Shown piece by piece: positions 40,567 through 51,162 of a stretch of DNA of 64,000 nt (position 1 is the stretch's first letter; every line of letters begins with the position of its first letter). The stretch comes from an uncultured delta proteobacterium. Its GTDB lineage: Bacteria; Desulfobacterota; BSN033; UBA1163. The notes below the pieces were generated by a model, which ran no database searches, was not told the origin of the DNA, and saw only the letters and a program-made list of their open reading frames with translations. The stretch lies in assembly GCA_963827685.1 (NCBI GenBank), contig CAWHBU010000002.1:224001-288000 (forward strand). The letters are read 5' to 3'. The position numbers and the translations under genes are program-made.

Positions 40567-40752
40567 TTGTGATTTGTGAGTGGTGAATGGTGAATCGTGA
40601 AAATACAATAAATCAAAAACCTGAATTATAAAACTATTGAACAAAACGGCGAATCACCAGCATCAATCAACAAATTCGTGAGTCGTGAATAGTGAATCGG
40701 GATAATACCTGGATGACGAATCCCCAATTACCAACACGAATCACCAATCACC
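40567..40752. repeat. Two tandem inverted heptamer-repeat cassettes
   Basis: (GTGAAT/C)n followed by (AATCAC/CAATCA)n, twice, between rpmI and rplT. Confidence 0.75.
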
Positions 40753-40771
40753 CAAAGGAGGATGATCAATC

Positions 40772-41143
40772 ATGCCGAGGGTAAAAGGAGGACCGAAAAC
40801 AAGACAAAGACGAAAGAAGGTCCTGAAAATGGCGAAGGGTTATAGGGGAGGACGAAGCCGGCTCTATCGAACGGCTGTTGATGCGGTCCATCGGGCTTTG
40901 GCTTATGCCTATCGAGACCGAAGGGCCAGGAAAGGAGATTTTAGAAGGCTTTGGATTACTCGCATCAATGCTGCGGCAAGACTTCATGGTCTCTCTTATA
41001 GCCGCTTAATGGAGGCACTGAGGAAGGCTCATATAGAGTTGGATCGCAAGATATTAGCCGATTTGGCTGTGAATGATCCTAACGCTTTTTCCAAAATTGC
41101 CGAGATAGCAAAGACGAAAGTTGTTGCGAGCAAGAAACAATAG
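40772..41143 (+). CDS. rplT: 50S ribosomal protein L20
   Basis: MPRVKGG, AYAYRDR and [12 protein letters not shown] motifs. Confidence 0.98.
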   Translation: MPRVKGGPKTRQRRKKVLKMAKGYRGGRSRLYRTAVDAVHRALAYAYRDRRARKGDFRRLWITRINAAARLHGLSYSRLMEALRKAHIELDRKILADLAVNDPNAFSKIAEIAKTKVVASKKQ

Positions 41144-41211
41144 GCGGATATCAGAAGCGAAGCTCTCGGTCCTGAGGACAGGGAGCTTCACAGTCATAAG
41201 GAGTTCCCTCC

Positions 41212-42228
41212 GTGTTAGAGGAATTGGAAAAAATTGAAAAGGAAGCATTGGCTTCCCTATCTGATGCCAAGGCCGAAAACGAGGTCTCCGAAATCCGTGT
41301 GAGGGTTTTGGGAAAGAAAGGGAGCCTAACGCAGGTTCTCAAGCGGCTGGGGACCCTCCCTGAATCAGTTCGTAAAGAGACAGGCAAAAGAGCAAATCAG
41401 ATTAAAGAAGATCTTGAGAAGAGGATTGAAGAAACCCTTCTGAAGATTCAAGAGCGAGAGAGAAGAGAGGGTTTAGAAAAAGAGAGAATCGATGTCACGC
41501 TTCCGGGCAGGCAAATTCCTCTCGGAAAGAAGCATCCTCTCACGCAAACTCTCGAGGAAATTATCGATATTTTCTATCACCTTGGCTTCGAAGTGGTGGA
41601 AGGTCCGGAAGTGGAGCTGGACTACTACAATTTTGAAGCCCTTAATATTCCAAAAGGGCATCCTGCCAGAGAGATGCAGGCTACCTTCTTTATTTCAGAT
41701 GGCGTCGTTTTAAGGACTCATACCTCACCCGTTCAGGTGAGGACGATGGAGAAGAAGCGGCCACCCGTTCGAATGATTTGTCCTGGGGTGGCCTACCGCT
41801 GCGATTCAGACCCCACTCATTCCCCCATGTTCCATCAGGTAGAAGGGCTCTTGGTCGATCAAGGGATTACCTTTGGAGATCTAAAAGGGGTCTTAACCGT
41901 CTTTGTTCACCAGATGTTTGGCAAAGAAACAAAACTCCGATTCCGGCCGAGCTTCTTCCCTTTCACAGAGCCCAGTGCGGAAATTGACATCGAATGTTTC
42001 ATTTGTGGGGGAAAGGGATGCGGGGTCTGTTCCAAAACAGGATGGTTAGAGATCCTGGGATCTGGAATGGTGGACCCGGCGGTTTATAAGTTTGTAAATT
42101 ATGATCCTGAAGAAGTCACCGGCTTTGCATTTGGAATGGGCATCGAACGAATCGCCATGCTCAAGTTTGGAATTAATGATATACGACTCTTCTTCACGAA
42201 TGATTTGAGGTTTTTGAAACAGTTTTAG
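41212..42228 (+). CDS. pheS: Phenylalanyl-tRNA synthetase alpha subunit
   Basis: [20 protein letters not shown] and [10 protein letters not shown] motifs. Confidence 0.98.
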   Translation: MLEELEKIEKEALASLSDAKAENEVSEIRVRVLGKKGSLTQVLKRLGTLPESVRKETGKRANQIKEDLEKRIEETLLKIQERERREGLEKERIDVTLPGRQIPLGKKHPLTQTLEEIIDIFYHLGFEVVEGPEVELDYYNFEALNIPKGHPAREMQATFFISDGVVLRTHTSPVQVRTMEKKRPPVRMICPGVAYRCDSDPTHSPMFHQVEGLLVDQGITFGDLKGVLTVFVHQMFGKETKLRFRPSFFPFTEPSAEIDIECFICGGKGCGVCSKTGWLEILGSGMVDPAVYKFVNYDPEEVTGFAFGMGIERIAMLKFGINDIRLFFTNDLRFLKQF

Positions 42229-42300
42229 AATGCACCCCCACCCACCCCTCCCCCTTCAGGGGGAGGGTGAGGGAGGGGGGAAATCCGCAATTGGAGAACC

Positions 42301-44709
42301 ATGAAGGTTAGTCTGAATTGGATCAAGGATTATGTTGAGATTCAGATGGATTTAAGCGAACTGACCCATGTTCTGACCATGGCTGGTCTGGAGGTCGAAG
42401 GGGCCACTTCCGTGGGAGAAGGGTTGGAGAAGGTGGTCGTGGCAGAGATCCTTTCTATTCGAAAGCACCCTAATGCGGACCGGCTTACATTAGTGGAAGC
42501 CAAGACCCGTCAGGAGACTTTCTCTGTTGTCTGCGGTGCGACTAATATTCGGGAGGGGCAGAGAGTTCCTTTAGCCCTGATCGGCGCCCGGCTCCCGAAT
42601 GGGATTGAAATCAAGAGATCTAAGATCAGAGGAGTCACCTCTGATGGAATGCTCTGTTCGGAAATAGAGCTTGGCCTTGGTCAGGATGCTTCTGGCATCA
42701 TGATCCTTTCCCCCCATGTTCCGCTGGGGGTAGAGTTAGGCGAGGCGCTGGGTGTGAAAGACACTGTTCTTGATATCAGCATTACCCCCAATCGTCCGGA
42801 CTGCCTCTGTGTGATTGGAATAGCACGGGAGATTGCAGCTTTAACTCACCGGAAGATGAGGTATCCGATTTCTTCTTTGACGAATCAAGGAAAAGAAATC
42901 CACCAAAAAACTTCTGTGAAGATTTTAGATCCCGATCTGTGTCCCCGTTATGTGGCAAGGATGATTGAAGATGTGAAGATCGGTCCTTCGCCCGATTGGA
43001 TGAGAGCCCGATTGGAAAAAGTAGGGATGCGTTCCATCAACAATGTGGTTGATGTGACCAATTATATCATGATGGAATATGGCCAGCCCCTCCATGCCTT
43101 CGATTTCGATTTTTTGGAAGAGGGCCGAATTGTTGTTCGGAGAGCCATGGCGGGTGAGGAATTTGTTAGCCTGGATGGAGTGACAAGGAGCCTGGATGGG
43201 GAGATGCTCATGATCTGCGACGGTGTAAAACCCGTTGCCATTGCAGGTGTTATGGGTGGCCTCAATTCAGAGATCAAAGGGGATACCAAAAGAGTCCTTC
43301 TGGAAAGCGCCTATTTCGAACCGGTCGGGAATAGAAAAACTTCAAAAAAGCTTGGTCTGGAAACGGAAGCAGCCTATCGATTTGGAAGAGGGATCGATTA
43401 TGAAGGATGCCTTCCTGTAGCGAACCGGGCTGCGCAGCTGATTCAGGAATTGGCAGGGGGAAGGGTTGTGGAGGGGGTGGTAGATGTCTACCCCATACCG
43501 ATCAAGCGGAGTCCCATCCGTTTGAATATCGGGAAAATTCATCAGGTATTAGGAACCGAGGTTCCTTTCGAACAGGTGATGAATTACCTGGAAGATCTGG
43601 AGTTGAAAGTCCAGAGAGAGAATCATGATGCCTTTGTGGTGACCCCTCCATCATTCCGGGGGGATTTGGAACGGGAGATCGATCTTATTGAGGAGATTGC
43701 CCGGTTGAACGGCTATGATCGGATTCCGATTACTCTTCCCAAGAGTCCTCCTTCTGACGAGAGAATAAGCAAAGAGTTTCTTTTAGCAAAGAGGGCCATG
43801 GAGGTAATGACCCACCATGGTTACCACGAGGTGATCACTTACAGTTTCACGTCTCCCACCTCATCGGACCTCATCAATCTCGGCCCTGACGATCCAAGGA
43901 GACAGCACCTCCGGATTCTCAATCCTCTGACAGAAGATTTTTCTGCCATGAGGACGACACTGATTCCGGGTCTGATGGAAATTGTGCGCTATAATCTCTC
44001 TCGAAAAAATACCAATCTCAAACTCTTTGAATTAAGAAGAGTATTTCTTCCACAGGGGGAGGAGAGGCTTCCGAAAGAAGTAAAATTTCTGGCGGGGTTG
44101 GCCATGGGGTTCGACAGGGATCCCCATTGGGCCTTTTCTCCGAGGTCTGTTGATTTTTATGATATCAAAGGTTGTCTGGAAGATCTTTTGGATACCCTGC
44201 AAATTAAGGAAGCTAAATTTGTTAAAGTAGATGATATTCCTTATCTTCATCCGGGAAAGGCGTCGAAGATCGTGCTTGGTGATGAGGTTTTGGGGGTGTC
44301 AGGAGAAGTCCATCCACAGGTGTTGGGTCATTATGAAGTTCACGGAAAGGTTTATCTATTTGAAATGGACTTTAGCAAAATGGTGAAATGGGGAGGAGGG
44401 GAGAAGCGGTTTCAGCCGCTGCCAAAATTCCCGGCGGTTTACAGAGACCTTTCTCTGGTGGTCGAAAAAGCCTTAGAAGCCGAAAGAGTGATGGAAACGG
44501 TTCGGACCTTCGAGCAACCCTTTGTCGAAGAGGTCACCCTCTTCGATATTTATCAAGGGCCCCCTATCCCAGAAGGAAAGAAAGGGATTTCTTATCGAAT
44601 CCGATACCAGGCGAATGACCGGACGTTGACCGATGAAGAGGTGAATCAATACCATGAAAAGGTCCTCTCCAGATTAAAAGGGGTCTTTCAACTCGATTTA
44701 AGGCAATAA
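42301..44709 (+). CDS. pheT: Phenylalanyl-tRNA synthetase beta subunit
   Basis: HPNADRL, TPNRPD, GQPLHAFD, DLIEEIAR and RTLTDEEV motifs. Confidence 0.98.
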   Translation: MKVSLNWIKDYVEIQMDLSELTHVLTMAGLEVEGATSVGEGLEKVVVAEILSIRKHPNADRLTLVEAKTRQETFSVVCGATNIREGQRVPLALIGARLPNGIEIKRSKIRGVTSDGMLCSEIELGLGQDASGIMILSPHVPLGVELGEALGVKDTVLDISITPNRPDCLCVIGIAREIAALTHRKMRYPISSLTNQGKEIHQKTSVKILDPDLCPRYVARMIEDVKIGPSPDWMRARLEKVGMRSINNVVDVTNYIMMEYGQPLHAFDFDFLEEGRIVVRRAMAGEEFVSLDGVTRSLDGEMLMICDGVKPVAIAGVMGGLNSEIKGDTKRVLLESAYFEPVGNRKTSKKLGLETEAAYRFGRGIDYEGCLPVANRAAQLIQELAGGRVVEGVVDVYPIPIKRSPIRLNIGKIHQVLGTEVPFEQVMNYLEDLELKVQRENHDAFVVTPPSFRGDLEREIDLIEEIARLNGYDRIPITLPKSPPSDERISKEFLLAKRAMEVMTHHGYHEVITYSFTSPTSSDLINLGPDDPRRQHLRILNPLTEDFSAMRTTLIPGLMEIVRYNLSRKNTNLKLFELRRVFLPQGEERLPKEVKFLAGLAMGFDRDPHWAFSPRSVDFYDIKGCLEDLLDTLQIKEAKFVKVDDIPYLHPGKASKIVLGDEVLGVSGEVHPQVLGHYEVHGKVYLFEMDFSKMVKWGGGEKRFQPLPKFPAVYRDLSLVVEKALEAERVMETVRTFEQPFVEEVTLFDIYQGPPIPEGKKGISYRIRYQANDRTLTDEEVNQYHEKVLSRLKGVFQLDLRQ

Positions 44710-44836
44710 GCATTGCCTAGAAAATAAATCATTATCCAACTCCCTCATTAAGGGGGAGGATAATACCCGGTAATTGTCATAGTAAGTGGGTGATAAAGTC
44801 ATCATGTAAAATTGCTAAGAAAGGAGGAGGTAAGAG

Positions 44837-45133
44837 ATGACGAAAGTAGATATCGTTGAGAACATTTATGAAAAGGTGGGGTTTTCTAAGAAAGAGGTGG
44901 CTAAGATTGTGGAGTATATTTTTGACATCATCAAAGATTCTTTGATCAAGGAAGACAAGATCAAGATCTCCGGATTTGGAAATTTCGTGGTTCGAAAAAA
45001 GAGGTCAAGACGGGGCCGAAACCCGCAGACAGGGAGCGACATCGAGATTACGGCAAGGAGGATCTTGACTTTCAAGCCAAGTCAGGTATTAAAGGGAGCC
45101 CTCAACCGCAAGGAGCCCCCTCCATCATCATAA
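44837..45133 (+). CDS. ihfA: Integration host factor alpha subunit
   Basis: KISGFGNF and GRNPQTG motifs; position after pheT. Confidence 0.93.
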   Translation: MTKVDIVENIYEKVGFSKKEVAKIVEYIFDIIKDSLIKEDKIKISGFGNFVVRKKRSRRGRNPQTGSDIEITARRILTFKPSQVLKGALNRKEPPPSS

Positions 45134-45265
45134 GGGTGTAAACGTATCGTATGGGTGGATAGCGGACGGGAACAATATTTGAAGAATGGCAAGTAAGATA
45201 TATTCTGTACCATGAGTCACGATTCACAAAACACGAATTGTCAAGTTATACTGAGGTGAAAAAAC

Positions 45266-45661
45266 TTGGCCAGAGCACTCAAAAGGCGCGAGATTGAGAA
45301 CGCCATCTCTCACGAAAGGCTCTATTATCGGATTGGAGAGGTGAGCCGTATTACGGGTCTTAAGGCTCATGTGCTTCGTTATTGGGAGTCGGAATTTAAG
45401 GTCATCAGACCTCACAAAGGAGGATCTTTGCAGCGGCTCTACCGGAGGAAAGACCTGGACCTCATCCTCAAAATCAAAAAACTCCTTTATGAGGAGGGGT
45501 TTACCATCGCTGGAGCAAAGAGAAAGATCCGGGATCTGGAGAGATTGGAAAACAAACAGACGAAATTGAAACTGGTAGAGAAGGGATCCGATGGAAAAGC
45601 TGATGAGTTGCTGAACGCCCTTCAGGAAGAACTGAAGGGGATCAGAAAGATGCTGGAATAG
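45266..45661 (+). CDS. MerR family transcriptional regulator
   Basis: YYRIGEVS..HVLRYWESEF..EGFTIAGA; typical ihfA-merR-tRNA-Pro synteny. Confidence 0.92.
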   Translation: MARALKRREIENAISHERLYYRIGEVSRITGLKAHVLRYWESEFKVIRPHKGGSLQRLYRRKDLDLILKIKKLLYEEGFTIAGAKRKIRDLERLENKQTKLKLVEKGSDGKADELLNALQEELKGIRKMLE

Positions 45662-45723
45662 TCGAACTTCATTTAGAAATCACTTAAAGATTTATTTTTT
45701 ATACAGCATTAAAAAGAGAGAGT

Positions 45724-45879
45724 ATGTCTAAAGTCATCATTGCCTTGCTCATTCTTGTATTTCTCGCCATCTTTCTCCTTCTATTTTGGATCATCGTCCT
45801 GGCCCTTGCCCTCCTGATCTTTCCAAAAAAGGGGAAAAAGAGAAGAACCCTTCTTCCAGAAACAGGGGGAGGTGAGTAG
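45724..45879 (+). CDS. Small single-pass membrane protein (51 aa)
   Basis: MSKVIIALLILVFLAIFLLLFWIIVLALALLIFPKKGKKRR..; AG-rich RBS. Confidence 0.45.
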   Translation: MSKVIIALLILVFLAIFLLLFWIIVLALALLIFPKKGKKRRTLLPETGGGE

Positions 45880-45949
45880 AGGAGGGCTGACGCATCTGTG
45901 ATTAAGACATTAAGGCTATAGACCTCAGACTTTAGGTTGAAGAGGGGAA

Positions 45950-46045
45950 ATGGCGAGAGATTATAAAAAGATAAAGGCATGCCAGCTGGCAGAGAAACTG
46001 GCACTCTTGGTATATACGAAAAAATTTCAAAAAAGTGAAATATAG
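45950..46045 (+). pseudogene. Four-helix-bundle (IVS-protein/Avd-like) gene remnant
   Basis: MARDYKKIKACQLAEKLALLVYTKKFQKSEI* matches the family N-terminus (Y/FxxLxxWQ..VY..FPxxE); RBS GAGGGG. Confidence 0.65.
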
Positions 46046-46215
46046 AGTTAGAGGAGTTTGATGTCTAACGTCTGAAGTCCGGTGTCTGAATTGCAGGTCG
46101 ATTAAGGTGAAGCTGGACTTTTGAAAGAAAATTAACTATATTAAAAGTTAATTTGGGAATTTTGGGATTCCTAAATCCTCAATCCCTTAATTCTTGAATT
46201 GAAAATTCTGATTAT

Positions 46216-46292
<77 letters not shown>

Positions 46293-46583
46293 TCTTTCCC
46301 CAATCTTTTCAATATCTTGTGATTTAGCCTCCACTATTAACTGATTATTAACCTTTTTTTTACCTCTCATGATGTCTACCAATCTACCTGTTCGATAGTC
46401 CGCATATCTTTGAGTCGTTGCAATACTTGAATGACCATAGACTTCCTTTAGTTCATCCAAATTATAACCATCATCCAACCGCTGCATCCCAAAAGAATGT
46501 TTTAGCCCATTATACAGATTGATTATTTTCGTTTTGTACTTTTTGTTAGCCAGTGAGCTTGCTCTATGCCAAATCTTTCTCAT
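46293..46583 (-). pseudogene. Tyrosine recombinase/integrase C-terminal fragment
   Basis: [28 protein letters not shown] (box II and catalytic Tyr); N-terminal part missing; the frame runs into the tRNA. Confidence 0.8.
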
Positions 46584-46728
46584 CTTTTAGTCTCATCTTT
46601 TTTTCTGTACTTTGCAACAAAGGGCGACTTCTTATCAGGAAGACTTTTGCGATTTCAAGAGATTTCTAGATTTGAAGGATCTATTTTAGCAAGGTTCCGC
46701 GTCTTCATTGTCGGAGAAAGGAGGGAAC

Positions 46729-47028
46729 ATGTTACACAGAAAAACAATCTGTTTGCTCGTGGTCGTCTTTTTATTCCCTATTATTTCTTGCACCCGAATT
46801 TCCGAAGGGCCGAGCGAAAAGACCGTAGTATTAGGGCACGAAAAACTGCCCGCCTTAGACTCCATCCCTTTGGAATGGGGAAAATTGGTTTCAGTGACCA
46901 CGCCCCCAATTTATGAGGGTATTTCCCAACTTTGGTTCCAGGACGAGAAGGGCAAAGTTCGAATGGTAACGTTCGACATTAAGAATAGGTGTTTATTTCC
47001 TAATGCCGTAGTAATTTCTCGTAAGTAA
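46729..47028 (+). CDS. Hypothetical lipoprotein
   Basis: RBS AAGGAGG; signal peptide ending IISC. Confidence 0.7.
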   Translation: MLHRKTICLLVVVFLFPIISCTRISEGPSEKTVVLGHEKLPALDSIPLEWGKLVSVTTPPIYEGISQLWFQDEKGKVRMVTFDIKNRCLFPNAVVISRK

Positions 47029-47038
47029 GGAGGGAAGA

Positions 47039-47269
47039 ATGATGCGACAATTGACGAGCATTATGTGTCGGCTTCTATTGATGGTAGCATTTTTGTTGGC
47101 TGGCCTTTCTGGCTGGGAGAAGCTAGCCCAGCTGTTTGGATATACGATTCTTAGAGATTCTTACCAGCCATGGCGACTGTTGGAATTTTCAGCCATTGCC
47201 TTGCTTTTTGTTATAGCTCTCCAGTTGAGGGAGATCAAGATGTCATTGCGTGGACGAGGATCCGATTAG
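47039..47269 (+). CDS. Small two-TM membrane protein
   Basis: RBS AAGGAGG; two hydrophobic helices. Confidence 0.7.
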   Translation: MMRQLTSIMCRLLLMVAFLLAGLSGWEKLAQLFGYTILRDSYQPWRLLEFSAIALLFVIALQLREIKMSLRGRGSD

Positions 47270-47479
47270 AAATCAGTTCCTGCAGGATTTGCAAACGAGC
47301 CGCGATCACGCTCTGCTTTCGCGTGTTCCTAATTTGAGGGGCTAACCTCGTTTTCCAGTGTGACCTCTAAAATAGGACGGGGGCTTGAAACTCTGTCTTT
47401 GGTTGCTCCCATCCCGCTGCGAAGGCTTCTTGTCAGACTCTCCCCTGGAGGGCTGAAGTTTATTTTGCCCTCAGGATAA

Positions 47480-47829
47480 TTGAAGCAGAGATCGACATCA
47501 AACCTGAAAATTGCCCAAACAGCATCAACCCCAAGAGCATGGGTAAACTCCCCGTTGCCATCCTGTCTACGGAAGGCTTCGATGCTCCTAATCAGCTTAA
47601 CCCCAACTCCCTCACCTTCGGGTCCACAGGGGATGAGCCAAGGTTAGCCTTCTGCAACCCCAAGGGAGAAGATATTAATGGAGATGGCTTGACAGATCTG
47701 GTCTGCCATTTCAACACTCAATCCACTGAGTTTGTATGTGATGATACAGAGGGTATTTTAAAAGCCCAAACAAAGGACGGCACGTCTATCGAGGGGAGTG
47801 ATTCGGTTAGGATCAATCCATGTAAGTAG
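47480..47829 (+). pseudogene. Orphan C-terminal domain of an extracellular protein (DIKP..INP..PVAILS..DxNGDG)
   Basis: EIDIKPENCPNSINPKSMGKLPVAILST..EDINGDGLTDLVCHF; no N-terminus or clear start. Confidence 0.55.
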
Positions 47830-47853
47830 TCTGAATCACCTTCTTGAAGCTTG

Positions 47854-47886
47854 AAGGCAGGGTCAGAAATGGCCTTGCCTTTTTTA
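47854..47886 (+). terminator. Intrinsic terminator
   Basis: AGGCAGGGTC-AGAAAT-GGCCTTGCCT-TTTTT; near copy at about 48878-48906. Confidence 0.7.
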
Positions 47887-48519
47887 CTTATTTCAATCGC
47901 AAATTTTCAATTCGCCCTGTCGTGTGGAGCTGCGGACTTGTAGATGAAGTGTTCAATCGAGACTTATTCTGACGCCGTGTGTCAAATCAAGTACTGGCCA
48001 GGAAATGGTGAGTGAATCATCGGTCTGGTTTTATGAACTCACTATGAACTGAAATTCTCTTCTCTTGTAACTTTTTGAATATGTTACATTTATCTCTGAA
48101 GGGGCAAAGGTTCAAATCCTCTCGCCCCGACCATTTCCCTTTTATTTCGCTACTTTCATTTTTCTTTCTCCTATCGTTATTCAAGATCAAAGATTTTCAT
48201 GGATCGGTACAGGAAACCACACCTGTGTAACGTAATACCCGTCTGCGCGAAGCCCCGCCTCCAGAACCTCGCGCGGAAGGGCGGGTGTCCCGACAAAGGC
48301 AGGTAATTCGGCGTGTACGCGCGTACCCGTCCATCGGGTACATCCGGAAGTCAATAAAAAATGGAAATATTTTTCACTTTTTTAAATAAGCAATTCGGGA
48401 CTTATGTGAGAATTATTTCCCATTCTAAAGAGGGTGGTTTTCTACAAACGTATGTTTTGAAGCCAGCAATTTGTTGATAAGTTTAATAGGTTCTGATATG
48501 CTTCTAAAAAGAGATTTGC

Positions 48520-48535
48520 TGGTATAAAATTTGCT
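48520..48535 (+). promoter_or_regulatory. sigma54 promoter
   Basis: TGGTAT-AAAAT-TTGCT; IHF-consensus site (reverse TATCAACAAATTG) about 45 bp upstream. Confidence 0.6.
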
Positions 48536-48653
48536 TCATGAACATGTGGAAGGGTTTACCCATCCCCAACCCGCCACCATGCTCATCCTGGGCTACGGCC
48601 CAACCGGCTTGGGAATCGGGGGTAAGCGAAGAAAATAAGGAGAGGATTACAGC

Positions 48654-48836
48654 ATGGTAGCCTACGAGTTCTACTGGCGCGACGAAGCAGAGAGAATCCA
48701 CTTTATAGGATTACTCCCGGAGAGAAGAAAAAAACCAGAGAGAATAACAGAAGAATCTATCCTGAATTGGGGGAAGAAGGTTGTAGGTGACAATTCGGGT
48801 GTCGATGATCTCTATTTCGTTCAGGTAGAATTTTAA
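48654..48836 (+). CDS. Small hypothetical protein (MVAY family, copy 1)
   Basis: RBS GGAGAGG; 60 aa. Confidence 0.75.
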   Translation: MVAYEFYWRDEAERIHFIGLLPERRKKPERITEESILNWGKKVVGDNSGVDDLYFVQVEF

Positions 48837-48988
48837 CAACCAAGAAATAAATTGATGCATCTAATTGTCATAAACGAGGGTAGGGTCAGAAATGTCTCTG
48901 CCTTTTCTATCTATCTTTTGGCCGATAATCTCTAAGGGACAAGGTTCTATTAGAGTAAAGATAGTAGTGGATTTAAGCGGGTGATGAC

Positions 48989-49297
48989 ATGGTGGCCTAT
49001 AAAGTTTTTTGCAAGAATTATGAGCTTAAGAAAGGCGAGTTTATGGGTATGTTGATCGAAGGAAGGAAAGACATGAAGGGAAAGACCCAGATTGAATCTG
49101 GGTTAAGATGGGCAAGGTTGACATTTGGCCGTACGGTGAAAGATCAGGGGGCGATCTTCATCGTGCCCAATGATTTGAAGATGGGAAGCGATACCCAGTG
49201 GCTTATAGAGAAGGGGGTATTAACCAAACAAGAGTTACTTGGGATGGTTGAACTGATCGATCAAGAGATGAAGAGAAAAAGGGAAGTAGGGATGTAA
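48989..49297 (+). CDS. Small hypothetical protein (MVAY family, copy 2)
   Basis: Shares MVAY..G.L.E.RK....T....L.W with 48654-48836. Confidence 0.7.
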   Translation: MVAYKVFCKNYELKKGEFMGMLIEGRKDMKGKTQIESGLRWARLTFGRTVKDQGAIFIVPNDLKMGSDTQWLIEKGVLTKQELLGMVELIDQEMKRKREVGM

Positions 49298-49382
49298 TCA
49301 TTCTCTTCCTTCAATATCCTATTTCAAGTAGTGATCGATAAAATAAAGGGGTATTTTGAAAGGATTTCCGTTTCTCCAATAT

Positions 49383-50915
49383 CTACGATGGCGGGTGTGA
49401 TTTCCGCAATAGGTCATCAACGGTCTTGACTGGATTGAAGGTCTCAAGAGGAACTTCTACAAAGACGGTATTCCAGAGGGCCATGGACCCATTCCACAGA
49501 CCGGGCAGTTCCAGCACCTTGAGTTCTCCATTTTCATGGGGTTTTGTGGAGATGGATACTGCACCCCTGTTAGCATAAAGGTTCAAATCAAACTTTTCAC
49601 TCCGGTAGTTTCTGACCCCACATACCAGGTCGACGGGATTGAAATGCGTGGAGTTTCTCCAAATATCTTGTTGTCCTTCCGAGTGTGGGTCTATTTGGTT
49701 TTGTTCTACAATCTGGAGTGACTGGGTTCCGTCTGTATCCTCGATCCAGAAAGGGCCTCCGCCAGGTTCACCCTCGTTTCTAACCATGCCGCAAACTCGG
49801 AGTGGTCTGTTTAACTTCTGGAAAATATGTTCTCTCTGGATGGATGCCGACTGATTCCTAAATCCATCGGGGAAGGACATGAATAGCTCTTCCCGGCAAA
49901 ACCGGATGATCTGTGATAGCTGCGCATCATCCACGCTTCCCCCATCCAGGAGATTTAGCATCCGGAAGATCTTATCCTGTAATCGGACAAGATATCCCCC
50001 AAGGATCTTCTTATAAAGAACCGTGATATCTTTCAGGCGGTCAGGAACGACATTGTCGATGTTCTTTAAAAAGATGATGTCACCGTCTATCGCATTGAGA
50101 TTTTGAAGAAGCGCACCGTGGCCTCCGGGCCTGAATAAGATTCTGCCGCTCCCGTTCCGGAAAGGTCTACTCTCCATGTCCGTGGCTATCGTATCCGTGG
50201 AACGAGGCTGTAGGGTTACAGCAACTTCATAATTTACCCCGAAGAGATTTTCGTAATCACCTCTTACCTGGTGGAGCAAACCCTTGAACTGAGATTCGTG
50301 CTCTCCAGAAATAGTGAAATGGATCTTGCAGACGTTCCTGTTATCTCTGACATAGAAAGCTGCTTCGACAAGATGTTCCTCCATGGCGGTTCGATTGTGA
50401 CCAGGATAGATGTGGAATTTTAGCAGTGCCTTGGGAAGCCAGGCGTAGTTAAGGCCCTTCGGGGTGAGGATATACTCCAGGATATCGGCGCACTTCTTAT
50501 CACGAACAAAGCCTCCAACATCCTTTCCGTCAGAGGCCATGACGTGCTTCAAGTTGTCGTAGAAGGCAAACTTGACGATATCCTGAAGAAATTTTGCAGC
50601 ACTTTCGTCCGAATCGAATCTCCCCCGACGGTAACAGCTTTCCCAGTCCTTGAACATGCGGCTGGCAGCACCTGAAGCCGGCACAAACTTGAGCATCCGT
50701 CCTCTCCTGGCAGCCTGGTTATGAAGGGAAACGAGGGGTTCCTTCTCCTCCTGGATTACCTGTACGATGCCATCCCCGATTCGAGCAGGCCTTATCAATT
50801 TGATGGGCTCCACTCCCCTACGGAAGATTTCGAGCTGTCTCAAGATCTCGGTGTGATGAATCCCTTTGGCCGCGATCGCTTTTAAATCCTCTTCTGAAAA
50901 AAACCTGAATGACAT
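49383..50915 (-). CDS. DUF4301 family protein (nucleotidyltransferase-like)
   Basis: KFVPASGAASRMFK, FRPGGHGAL, KNIDNVV, NEGEPGGGPF, ELPGLWNG and FNPVKTV motifs. Confidence 0.88.
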   Translation of the reverse strand: MSFRFFSEEDLKAIAAKGIHHTEILRQLEIFRRGVEPIKLIRPARIGDGIVQVIQEEKEPLVSLHNQAARRGRMLKFVPASGAASRMFKDWESCYRRGRFDSDESAAKFLQDIVKFAFYDNLKHVMASDGKDVGGFVRDKKCADILEYILTPKGLNYAWLPKALLKFHIYPGHNRTAMEEHLVEAAFYVRDNRNVCKIHFTISGEHESQFKGLLHQVRGDYENLFGVNYEVAVTLQPRSTDTIATDMESRPFRNGSGRILFRPGGHGALLQNLNAIDGDIIFLKNIDNVVPDRLKDITVLYKKILGGYLVRLQDKIFRMLNLLDGGSVDDAQLSQIIRFCREELFMSFPDGFRNQSASIQREHIFQKLNRPLRVCGMVRNEGEPGGGPFWIEDTDGTQSLQIVEQNQIDPHSEGQQDIWRNSTHFNPVDLVCGVRNYRSEKFDLNLYANRGAVSISTKPHENGELKVLELPGLWNGSMALWNTVFVEVPLETFNPVKTVDDLLRKSHPPS

Positions 50916-51162
50916 GAGGTGGCCTCCTTCTGGGTACGATCGTAGGTTTTTCTCTTCATTCCATATATATAACAAGATGGAAGATCGGACAAGGGGATCA
51001 GTCTTACCTGATTGCACCGTGAAACTTGAATGCGGCAGCAAGATCCTTGCCTAAAGTAATTTCAGAGACACAACCCTCGTTATTTGGTCTAAATTCCTAT
51101 AATTCTTCACCTATCATTTTTCAGTTGAACAAAACAAAATTTTGTTCTAATATTCATCGCAT

